From an uncultured Christensenellaceae bacterium (GTDB lineage: Bacteria > Bacillota > Clostridia > Christensenellales > CAG-314): 64,000 bases of DNA. Below are positions 37,750-45,724 of this stretch, in pieces. Location: positions 61,081 through 125,080 of the forward strand of contig CAJUIV010000001.1 of assembly GCA_910586905.1 (NCBI GenBank). Reading direction: 5' to 3'. The position numbers and the translations under genes are program-made. The notes below the pieces were generated by a model. It was not told the origin of the DNA. It saw only the letters and a list, made by a program, of their open reading frames with translations, and ran no database searches. Each line of letters begins with the position of its first letter. The stretch's first letter is position 1.

Positions 37750-39537
37750 TTACTCCGCTGCAACTATGCTTAACGCTCCGGATTCGATAGTCAGCGTAAT
37801 TGTGTATGTTCCTGCCGCAGCTATTTTTGTATTGCCGCCTCCGAACCATTGAGCAACGCCCAAACTCGTTCCGTAAACCGCTTGTACGGCAAACACGCCG
37901 TCCTCTCCCAACCAAGTGTATCCTTCTTTCTCGGAAACGTCGGTTACCGTTAACGTAGCCGTAGCCGTAAGTCCGTCTTGGCTAACCGTCAATTTGGGAG
38001 TTAAGCCGTCTTTAACGGTAAAGTTAACGTTCTTGTCTTCCGCATCGACAAAAGTTCCTACGATATAGTAAGCGCAGGCTTCAAATTTTACGGAATTGTC
38101 TTTTTCATCGTAAGTTACATAATAATCGCCCGCGAGCAAGAAAATATTTCCTTTTCCGTTTTCGCCGATACCGTAGTCAAGTTTATCTACATTATTTTTT
38201 ACTTTTATTGCGGCGCATTTTGCATTGAATCCGCCTTGAGCGATTGTCCAATCGGGACCGTAATCGTCTTCGGTAATAGTAATTTTACCGGACCAAACCG
38301 TCGAATTTTCTCCTTTTGTTAATTTAACGGCCGTTTCGTAAACTTGGTCGAAATTTCCTCCGCCGATTGTACCGACGATATACATTTGATGAGTTTCCGT
38401 AAGTTCTTCGAGAGCGGTAACGTTAATCGTTATGATTCCGTTTTCGGTATCCAACTCGATTTCAGCCGTCATTTTGTATTTAGTAGTGATATTTCCGCCG
38501 TCATCGGTAAAGATATCGTCTTTAGTTACGCCTTCGGGCAATACTACCGTATCCTCAACCGTAACGCCCATAAGTTGAGCGAAACCGTAATTATCACGAT
38601 TCCAATCGCTTTCGTTTACTTTGATTTTGAAAGCGCCGGGGTTAAAAGAAACCGTCGCCTTATAAATAACTTTTGCCGCATCGGGAGTCATAATAAAATC
38701 TTTATATTGTCCGTCGGCAGCGAAAGGTCCGTTCCAAGAACTGATACTTCCTACGATGATAAATCCAAGTTCGGAAATAGGAGCTTTAGGCGCTCCGGAA
38801 GCTTCTTTTATAGTTACCGTAACTACGCAATCGTCGCTTATATCGCTGTATTCAAAACGAATATCGACTTTCATATCGCGAAGAATCGAGATATTATTCA
38901 TATCTCCGGCGCTAATCAATACTTCCGTATCGGTTCCGTCAACGTCGTCAGGCAGCGTAGCTCCCTCTGCAATTTTAACCGTAGCTTGAGAATATCCCGC
39001 TTCGATTTTAACTTGCCCTGCCCACTCGCCCGTTTTGGCGGGAACAGCCGAAACAACTTTAAAACTATCGCCCTGTTTAAGAGTTAAGTCCGTCATAGTA
39101 TAAACGTTTGTACCTTCTTGATGGGTAAGTTTTCTTGCGGCGGTTTCTACAACCGTTACAAGGTCCCAATCGGTAACGCCGTTGATAACGCCGGGTAAGC
39201 AGTAACCTACGCTTTCGCCGATTAACGTCCATTTAGCGTACAAAGTCGTATCTTTGTCGAAAGTAGTCGTAGCAAGGTCTACCTTTTTACCGTACGTTTG
39301 AGTTCCGTCCGCATTGTTGGTAAGACTGTCGTACCATCCGTCGAATACGCGGTCGTCCGCCGTAAGGTTCTTTTTGGTATATTCTACCTTGCCCTTTACA
39401 GTTTGCAGTTCGTCCATTTTAGCGTTGTTTGAATTTCTAAACGTAATGGTGTATTCTTTGTTGCAGGCAGTCAAAACAAGCACCGCCGATACTACAAGCA
39501 ATACGCTTAGCAAAACCGCTAATGTTTTTCTTTTCAT
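37750..39537 (-). CDS. large surface lipoprotein, N-terminal Listeria-Bacteroides (InlB B-type) repeat followed by beta-rich modules; possible glycan-binding protein
   Basis: Signal and lipobox MKRKTLAVLLSVLLVVSAVLVLTAC. YTITFRNSN...FDGWYDS...YAKW repeat signature. First gene of the maltodextrin cluster, 13 nt upstream of the SBP gene. GGAGGAAAAT Shine-Dalgarno. Confidence 0.5.
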   Translation of the reverse strand: MKRKTLAVLLSVLLVVSAVLVLTACNKEYTITFRNSNNAKMDELQTVKGKVEYTKKNLTADDRVFDGWYDSLTNNADGTQTYGKKVDLATTTFDKDTTLYAKWTLIGESVGYCLPGVINGVTDWDLVTVVETAARKLTHQEGTNVYTMTDLTLKQGDSFKVVSAVPAKTGEWAGQVKIEAGYSQATVKIAEGATLPDDVDGTDTEVLISAGDMNNISILRDMKVDIRFEYSDISDDCVVTVTIKEASGAPKAPISELGFIIVGSISSWNGPFAADGQYKDFIMTPDAAKVIYKATVSFNPGAFKIKVNESDWNRDNYGFAQLMGVTVEDTVVLPEGVTKDDIFTDDGGNITTKYKMTAEIELDTENGIITINVTALEELTETHQMYIVGTIGGGNFDQVYETAVKLTKGENSTVWSGKITITEDDYGPDWTIAQGGFNAKCAAIKVKNNVDKLDYGIGENGKGNIFLLAGDYYVTYDEKDNSVKFEACAYYIVGTFVDAEDKNVNFTVKDGLTPKLTVSQDGLTATATLTVTDVSEKEGYTWLGEDGVFAVQAVYGTSLGVAQWFGGGNTKIAAAGTYTITLTIESGALSIVAAE

Positions 39538-39697
39538 ATTTTCCTCCAAAATTTTTATTTTCACTTTTCGTAAGAAAAGTTAAAAACGATAAAAAACGCG
39601 GCTTTTCAATCGTTAACCCGATTTTACACCGCTTTTGCCTACCGAGTTATTTATAACCGAGTTACAAAACTTCTCATTATTCTTTTTTAGCTTATAA

Positions 39698-39727
39698 ATA
39701 ATACCCCCCCCCGTATCCTATTGTCAA
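39698..39727 (-). promoter_or_regulatory. promoter-like element with a G9 tract in the spacer
   Basis: Minus strand: TTGACA, then ATAGGATAC plus G9 (39712-39704), then TATTAT. The spacer is 18 nt. Confidence 0.5.
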
Positions 39728-39982
39728 CACATTTCGATATAAAAATATTTTTTATCGGTTTGTTCATTTTTGAGCCTTTAAAATGACCAGTTATAGCTGT
39801 TTTTAGACATTTTTTTCTAAAAGTGTGGAAAAACTTGCAAAAGTTTTTTGGTAAAAAATCAAAATAGGGGTTGAATTCATCCTATCTTTATGATAGTATA
39901 TAGTATGTGAAATTCCAGCTACAAAGATACCGAACGCGCTTCGGAAGTATAAAAAGTAAAATTTAAAGCAAGGAGATAATTT

Positions 39983-40207
39983 ATGCTAATCGACAGCAAT
40001 CAAATAATATCTATGACGGAAGCGAATCAAAACTTTTCCAAAGTCGTAAGACAAGCGGAAGAAAACGGATGCGTGGTTATATTCAAAAACAATAAACCGA
40101 AATTCGTTTTGTTAGATATAGAAGCCATGCGTATCGCAATGCCCGAAAGCGACGACAGGCTGGACAAAGCCGCGAAAAAAGAAATAAACCGCGCAAAGTG
40201 GCTTTAA
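39983..40207 (+). CDS. Phd/YefM-family antitoxin-like protein (no adjacent toxin gene)
   Basis: QIISMTEANQNFSKVVRQAEENGCVVIFKNNKPKFVLLDIE is the typical Phd/YefM N-terminal fold pattern. GGAG Shine-Dalgarno. Confidence 0.55.
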   Translation: MLIDSNQIISMTEANQNFSKVVRQAEENGCVVIFKNNKPKFVLLDIEAMRIAMPESDDRLDKAAKKEINRAKWL

Positions 40208-40285
40208 CTTTAAAACGCGTCGAAATCAAAACGTACATTTGACGCCTTTCCGTATAAAAAACAAATAATCGGGAATAATTAAAAT

Positions 40286-41059
40286 ATGAAAATAGCCGTA
40301 GTTACGGGCGCGTCCAGCGGATTGGGCAAAGCCTTTGCATTGAAATTGGATAAACTGAGTTTCGACGAGATATGGGGAGTCGCCCTCGACAAAGAAGGGC
40401 TGGAAGAAACGGCTTCGCTTATGAAAACGCCTCTCAAAATTTTTGCCGTAGACCTTACCGCCGACGGAGTAGACGTTATAAAAGCCGCGTTGGAAGAACA
40501 AAAACCCGACGTCAAATGGCTTGTAAACGCAAGCGGTTTCGGCAAATTCGGCAGATACGACGAAATACCCGTAGAACACAGCGCAAATATGATTCGCTTA
40601 AACTGCGAATCTTTGGTCAGAATGACGGAATACTGTCTGCCGTATATGAAAGCCGGCGCCAAAATAGCGGAGTTCAGTTCGGTTGCCGCGTTTCAACCCA
40701 CACCTTATCAAAACGTTTACGCCGCTACAAAAGCGTTTGTGCATAGCTACGCGAGAGCTTTAAACGTCGAACTTAAACCCCGTAAAATAACCGTTTGCGC
40801 CGTATGCCCTTTTTGGACGCGTTCAAAATTTTTCGACAGAGCGGAGTGTACGGACAGTAAAGTCGTTATAAACTACGCCGCCATGTACGAGCCGCAGGAA
40901 GTAGTCGACAAAGCTTTTAAAGATATTATAAAAGGTAAAGATATATCGATTTGCGGATTTATCGCGCGCAGTCAAGTGCGGATGGTAAAAATCGTACCTA
41001 CCAAAGCGGTTATGAAAACGTGGGTAAAACAGCAAAAATTCAATAAACGTTATAAGTAA
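40286..41059 (+). CDS. SDR-family oxidoreductase
   Basis: TGASSGLGKAFA cofactor motif and the YAATKAF catalytic Y-x-x-x-K. Confidence 0.9.
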   Translation: MKIAVVTGASSGLGKAFALKLDKLSFDEIWGVALDKEGLEETASLMKTPLKIFAVDLTADGVDVIKAALEEQKPDVKWLVNASGFGKFGRYDEIPVEHSANMIRLNCESLVRMTEYCLPYMKAGAKIAEFSSVAAFQPTPYQNVYAATKAFVHSYARALNVELKPRKITVCAVCPFWTRSKFFDRAECTDSKVVINYAAMYEPQEVVDKAFKDIIKGKDISICGFIARSQVRMVKIVPTKAVMKTWVKQQKFNKRYK

Positions 41060-41074
41060 CGACAGCGATTTTAC

Positions 41075-41101
41075 GCCTTCTGTATAAGAAGGCTTTTTTT
41101 T
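41075..41101 (+). terminator. rho-independent terminator after the SDR gene
   Basis: GCCTTCT-gtata-AGAAGGC followed by T8. Confidence 0.75.
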
Positions 41102-41193
41102 CGCTCAAAAGTTAACGCGGCGTTCGGTTTTATTTTTTATCGTCAACAATATTGTTTTGTACCGTCCGATATGTTATAATTAAGCAGTTAAAT

Positions 41194-41339
41194 GGATTTA
41201 TCCGACCTTACCTGGTTTTAATTACATCGTAAAACGTTTAATTGGGTTTTACCGAAACTAACATCATTGTTTTACGATATAATTAAGTAATCAAATAGGT
41301 TTAACTGAACGTAACTTATTTTAATTACATCGTATCACG
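41194..41339 (+). repeat. three ~52-bp degenerate repeat units, with the distal half inverted in the middle unit
   Basis: X boxes GGATTTATCCGACCTTACC (41194), GGGTTTTACCGAAACTAAC (41244) and AGGTTTAACTGAACGTAAC (41297). Y boxes TTAATTACATCGTAAAAC (41218-41235), its complement GTTTTACGATATAATTAA (41269-41286), and TTAATTACATCGTA (41321-41334). Confidence 0.7.
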
Positions 41340-41415
41340 CTTAATGCGTTATATTTTTAATATTATTTTAGTATAAGGCATTATTAAGCATAAATATTTT
41401 TAGGAGATAATCCCC

Positions 41416-43182
41416 ATGATAAAAAACCTCAAAAAACACTGGCTGGCAGTAGTATCGGTAGCTTACAGTTTGATAGTCGCGCTGTTTTGGCTGGCGCTGA
41501 GAGTAAACTGGAGCGGCATTTCAAAACAGTTCGGCGCGGATACCGACCGTTCTTTTTTTATAATGGAAACGCCGCTTCTTATTTGTATATTTTTGTGGCT
41601 TGCGTTTATTTACGCGGCTGTCGCGTCTTTTTTATGGAGCGGCAAAAAGAAAGCGCCGTTTATTGTATCGCTTGCCGTAAGCTTTGTGTTTACAATAGGA
41701 ATAATAGTCGTAGTAACTATGGGCGCTAAAGATTATCTGCGTTTTATACTTCCGGCATTCGGAGAATCGCTGTTAATAGCGACGTGTCTTGCCGCATTCG
41801 GACTGCTGTTATTTTTTCCTCCGCAGGGAAAAGGAAAACTTTGCACGACGTTAAAATGCGTAACGCTGGGAATAGCTATACTGGGAACGGTGCTTGTGGC
41901 GTTCGACGTAAAAGCAAACTACTTTACTTACGAAGCCGTCGTTTATGCCGTGGAAGACGACTATCAAATAGTGTTTTCCACCAACGACGAAAGTCTTGCC
42001 TGGGTTGAAGTAGACGGCAAGAAATACTACGATTTGTACGCCGGCAGCCGAAAATCGAAAGACCTTGTACATAAAGTTACCGTTCCTCAAAAGGAACTTG
42101 ACCAAGCGGGCGGATACACTATCGGCGCGCAAACGATGATTTACCGAGGGCCTTTCGGCGGATATAAGGGCAAACCCTTTACGAAAAAATACGACTTTCG
42201 GCCGGTGAATTCGTCGGACGGACTAATCTACTATTCTATGAGCGACGTACACGGTTCGCGAAAGGGCGCCCGTCTTGCCGCCGAAAACGTTAAAGATATG
42301 GACTTTTTGGTTATTTTGGGCGATTCGTACACTCTTATCGACAGCGAATACGACGCTCAGTTTACCAATCTGCTTGCCGGCGACGTTACCAAAGGCGAAT
42401 TTCCCGTTGTGTACGCGCGCGGAAACCACGAAATAAAAGGCAAATACGCGGAAGATTTGCACAAATACGTCGGTTCGAAAAACGGTAATTTTTACTACGA
42501 ATTTACGTTCGGCAACTACGACGGAGGAAATAAAGACGTTTTCGGTATCACTCTGGACATAGGAGAAGACCACGACGACGATTGGTGGGAATACTACGAT
42601 ACCGCGCAATTCGAACTTTACCAGGCGGAACAAACCGCAATGCTTGAAAATATCCGCGATAACGGCAAAAACGACGGGTTCAAATACACGGTGGTTTGCT
42701 GTCATATTCCTATACAGTTTGTAAACGCAAGACATAACCACGAAACGGTAAAAAAGGTTTGGACTTCTTTGCTTAACGAAATTCAACCGGATTTATGCAT
42801 ATACGGACATCAGCATGAATTATACCCGTTTTTGACCGACGACGAATTCGGTAACAAACTTACCGTAAATACGCCTGCAGACGGCGATTCGGATTCCGCT
42901 TACTTAACGTACAACTCACAGTTTAAACCGAACAAAACTTACTCCGGCTACGTAACCGATTACAATTTCAACGGCTTTATAGTAGGACGCCGCGGAAACG
43001 CTCAAACGGATAAAGTAGGCGCGTTAAATACGAAAGACCATATCGGAATGGAAACCCGAGTCGACTTTGCTAACGGTTGGCAAACTCATATTTATTGGAA
43101 CTCCAAAGGCGAAAAAGTTTCGGTATACAACCCGTTCGTAGACGGCGAAGCTAAAACCGAATTTAAAACAAAACTCAAATAG
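41416..43182 (+). CDS. membrane-anchored metallophosphoesterase (calcineurin-like)
   Basis: About five N-terminal TM helices, then phosphoesterase motifs SDVHG, GDSY, GNHE and GHQHE. Confidence 0.75.
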   Translation: MIKNLKKHWLAVVSVAYSLIVALFWLALRVNWSGISKQFGADTDRSFFIMETPLLICIFLWLAFIYAAVASFLWSGKKKAPFIVSLAVSFVFTIGIIVVVTMGAKDYLRFILPAFGESLLIATCLAAFGLLLFFPPQGKGKLCTTLKCVTLGIAILGTVLVAFDVKANYFTYEAVVYAVEDDYQIVFSTNDESLAWVEVDGKKYYDLYAGSRKSKDLVHKVTVPQKELDQAGGYTIGAQTMIYRGPFGGYKGKPFTKKYDFRPVNSSDGLIYYSMSDVHGSRKGARLAAENVKDMDFLVILGDSYTLIDSEYDAQFTNLLAGDVTKGEFPVVYARGNHEIKGKYAEDLHKYVGSKNGNFYYEFTFGNYDGGNKDVFGITLDIGEDHDDDWWEYYDTAQFELYQAEQTAMLENIRDNGKNDGFKYTVVCCHIPIQFVNARHNHETVKKVWTSLLNEIQPDLCIYGHQHELYPFLTDDEFGNKLTVNTPADGDSDSAYLTYNSQFKPNKTYSGYVTDYNFNGFIVGRRGNAQTDKVGALNTKDHIGMETRVDFANGWQTHIYWNSKGEKVSVYNPFVDGEAKTEFKTKLK

Positions 43183-43202
43183 TACTTTTAGACGAAAATA
43201 AA

Positions 43203-43234
43203 GGCGTCCGCATTTGCGGACGCCTAAATTTTTT
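43203..43234. terminator. bidirectional terminator between convergent genes
   Basis: GGCGTCCGC-attt-GCGGACGCC followed by TAAATTTTTT. Confidence 0.8.
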
Positions 43235-43255
43235 GAAGAGAAATTTTTATGAAAA

Positions 43256-44023
43256 TTATTTTTCAAAAGCGGACTTCAAAAGCGAGAAGTAATCCCACAT
43301 ATCCGTCCAAGTAGCGCCGGTTTTAACGCCGTTCTTATCAACTAATTCGTTGTCGAGTTTAGCGTCGGTAGCGCTGTTATCCGTAACTTTGAAATCTTCT
43401 TTTTTAGCCGCGCCGTCAAAACCGTTTTCTACGACATAGTCGCATGTAGCTTTTACGTTGGCTTTCCAACCGAGAGCGTTAGTGGCGGGAGTTCCCCAAT
43501 AGTTGTTTTGCGTTTTGAGAAGCGCTTTAGCGTTGAGAATATCCGTCTTTTCGCCGTCTGCAAGAACAACTTTCACTTCGTTTTTAGCAACAGCTTCGAA
43601 ATACTTTTCGCAGTTAGCTTCGTCGGCAAAGAATTCGAGCATGGTTTTCGTTCCTACCATATATCCTTTGGAAACGCCTTCTACTTCCGTTCCGTCGTAT
43701 ACCATAGTTACGTCGCCGAATTTAACGGTTTTGTAAAAATGAGCCGTCGCGGGCGAGCCGTGGTTCAAATATTTACCTTCTACCGTATATCCTTCGATTG
43801 CGTTTTCCGCTTTAACGTAAGTAGGTAAACAAGCCTCGTCTAAATCCGCGGATACTAAACTGTCGCCAAGACGAACTACCGTCGCTTTGCCGACATAACC
43901 TTTTCCGTGTACAAGACCATAGGCAGTTTTCGTTTCTTCTTGTGCGCAGGATGCGAGTAAAATTACCGACAAAGCCATAACGCAAGCAAGAACTACTACC
44001 AAAAGTTTTGCATGTTTTTTCAT
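43256..44023 (-). CDS. hypothetical lipoprotein
   Basis: Signal and lipobox MKKHAKLLVVVLACVMALSVILLASC. AAAGGAGAAAA Shine-Dalgarno. No family recognised. Confidence 0.5.
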   Translation of the reverse strand: MKKHAKLLVVVLACVMALSVILLASCAQEETKTAYGLVHGKGYVGKATVVRLGDSLVSADLDEACLPTYVKAENAIEGYTVEGKYLNHGSPATAHFYKTVKFGDVTMVYDGTEVEGVSKGYMVGTKTMLEFFADEANCEKYFEAVAKNEVKVVLADGEKTDILNAKALLKTQNNYWGTPATNALGWKANVKATCDYVVENGFDGAAKKEDFKVTDNSATDAKLDNELVDKNGVKTGATWTDMWDYFSLLKSAFEK

Positions 44024-44068
44024 GTCTTTTTTCTCCTTTTTTTATTGATTTGGCTTATAGCCGCTGAT

Positions 44069-44098
44069 ATTTTAATCAATAATACCCCCCCCCGTCAA
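44069..44098 (-). promoter_or_regulatory. promoter-like element with a G9 tract
   Basis: Minus strand: TTGAC, then G9 (44093-44085), then TATTATTGATTAAAAT. TTGACG to TAAAAT is 18 nt. TATTAT directly abuts the G run. Confidence 0.4.
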
Positions 44099-44274
44099 GT
44101 GTTTTGCCGTTAAATTACGTTATGCAATTTTTATAATAGTATAAATAGATTTATATTTTGTCGAAAATTCCGTTCCTTAACGCACAAAAAAAAACCGCTT
44201 TAAAAACGGTTTTAAATGTTTGGTTTTTACGGGCGCTATTTAATGTGATTGTAATGGGTTTCGAACCGCATTAT

Positions 44275-44310
44275 AAAACACGCGGATTCAAATCAAATCC
44301 GCGTGTTTTT
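44275..44310. terminator. terminator downstream of the DegV gene
   Basis: ACACGCGGATT-caaatca-AATCCGCGTGT (11 bp) with flanking A and T runs. Confidence 0.75.
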
Positions 44311-44314
44311 ACCG

Positions 44315-45193
44315 TTATTGTTCGAGAGGTATCGGCCGTTTGTCGGCGACGAATATAACGCCTATCGTACCGGGCCCGCAATGCGCTCCTATAACCGGAC
44401 CTACTATTTGCCGCACGATTTTCGCTTCGGGACGTTTTTCTTTTATCATTTCTGCAAGCGCGTCGCCTTCTTCGGGACAATCGGCGTCCACTATATACAC
44501 GTTATAATCCGTCCCCGTCAGTTCTTCGATGACTTTGTCGGCTATCTTTCTTAAAGCTTTGCGCTTACCGGTTATCTTTTCATATACTTTCAAGCTGCCT
44601 TTTTCGTCTATTGTCAAAACGGGTTTTAACGACAAAAGCGTTCCCGCGAACGCCGCTACTCCCGAGAGTCTTCCGCCGCGTTTTAGATGCATCAAGTCGT
44701 CTACTACAAAGTATACTGCTACTCGATTTGTAAAATCCGAAAGTTTTGCTATTATCTCTTCGTCGCTTGCCCCGTTATTTTTAAGCTCGGCCGCGTACTC
44801 CATTTGAATGCCGGCTCCCAAACTTATGGAATTGGTATTAAAGACCGTACATTTTCGTTCGGGATACTTTTCTTTAAGCGTTTTAAGCGCTGTATTAAGA
44901 TGGTCGAAAGTTCCGCTCATGGCGTGAGAAAAACTGACGTAAAGTACGTCCTCTCCCTTTCTAAAATACGGTTCCAGTATTTCAACGTATTCTTCGGGGT
45001 TTAGAGCCATCGTTTTCGGAATTTCTCCCCCGCGAACCGCGTCGTAAAATTTACGGAAATCGGTGTTTAAACCGAGATCGTAATAGTATTCTTCCCCTCC
45101 GTAAGAAAAGGGCATTTTTATATAGTCTACGTTAAGTTCCTGTTGTCTTTTATACCAAAGTTCGCCGTCGGCATCTATAATCAATACACTCAT
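44315..45193 (-). CDS. DegV-family fatty-acid-binding protein
   Basis: 292 aa with DegV-like layout (VLIIDADGEL..., VSFSHAMSGTF, ...VGPVIGAHCGPGTIGV). GGAGG lies 9 nt upstream of the ATG at 45193. Confidence 0.8.
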   Translation of the reverse strand: MSVLIIDADGELWYKRQQELNVDYIKMPFSYGGEEYYYDLGLNTDFRKFYDAVRGGEIPKTMALNPEEYVEILEPYFRKGEDVLYVSFSHAMSGTFDHLNTALKTLKEKYPERKCTVFNTNSISLGAGIQMEYAAELKNNGASDEEIIAKLSDFTNRVAVYFVVDDLMHLKRGGRLSGVAAFAGTLLSLKPVLTIDEKGSLKVYEKITGKRKALRKIADKVIEELTGTDYNVYIVDADCPEEGDALAEMIKEKRPEAKIVRQIVGPVIGAHCGPGTIGVIFVADKRPIPLEQ

Positions 45194-45211
45194 ATTTACG
45201 TTACCTCCCAA

Positions 45212-45724
45212 ACGGTTAAATACGGTTTGACTTCTGAAATTTGAAACGCGCTTTGCGCGTAGGTTTTATTTTAACATATTTTTCAGCTATAATACAATAG
45301 TTTTTTTGATTTAACGTTCTTTTTTAGTCGATTTTATCCTTTCACGGACGAAATATTAACTTTCATTATTTATATAAGCATTGCAATTTTTTTATGCTTG
45401 TGGTAAAATATATAAGGATAATAGCGTAAATATACGCAGGTAAATTACCGACTTCTCTTTTGTTCGCGATACGGCAAAGCTTGTCCCCAGTTCATCCACA
45501 TGGTTTGTGGATTTAAACTACGGGTTATCCACAATATCTATTTTTGACATAATACAAGATATAGTATCGACACGGCTTAAAACATTCTATATGTTGTAAA
45601 AGTCCTTGATTTAACGCAACAAAAATACATTTTCACACCGCCTAACAACACTACTACCAAAAGAAAGTATATAAATTGTAGAGCGGAACGCCAAAGATAA
45701 AATCAATTAGCAAGGAGAAACGCT
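45212..45724. other. candidate chromosomal replication origin (DnaA-box cluster plus AT-rich stretch)
   Basis: Perfect TTATCCACA at 45525-45533. TCATCCACA at 45492-45500 (1 mismatch). TGTGGATTT at 45506-45514 (reverse orientation, 2 mismatches). TTGTCCCCA at 45481-45489. AT-rich block around 45281-45420. Immediately upstream of dnaN. Confidence 0.55.

Noticed and set aside
39823-39840. AAAACTT-GCAA-AAGTTTT palindrome upstream of the maltodextrin operon as a LacI/MalR or cre-type operator.
   Set aside because: It does not match the TGWAANCGNTNWCA cre or LacI-family consensus, no LacI-type regulator is encoded in the window, and the AT-rich palindrome could arise by chance.
44244-44275. tRNA-like GGTTCGAA-type T-loop string (minus strand ...ATGCGGTTCGAAACCCAT...) downstream of the DegV gene.
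   Set aside because: The flanking bases do not form a T stem, and no acceptor, D or anticodon arms can be drawn. It is probably a chance match or a tiny remnant.
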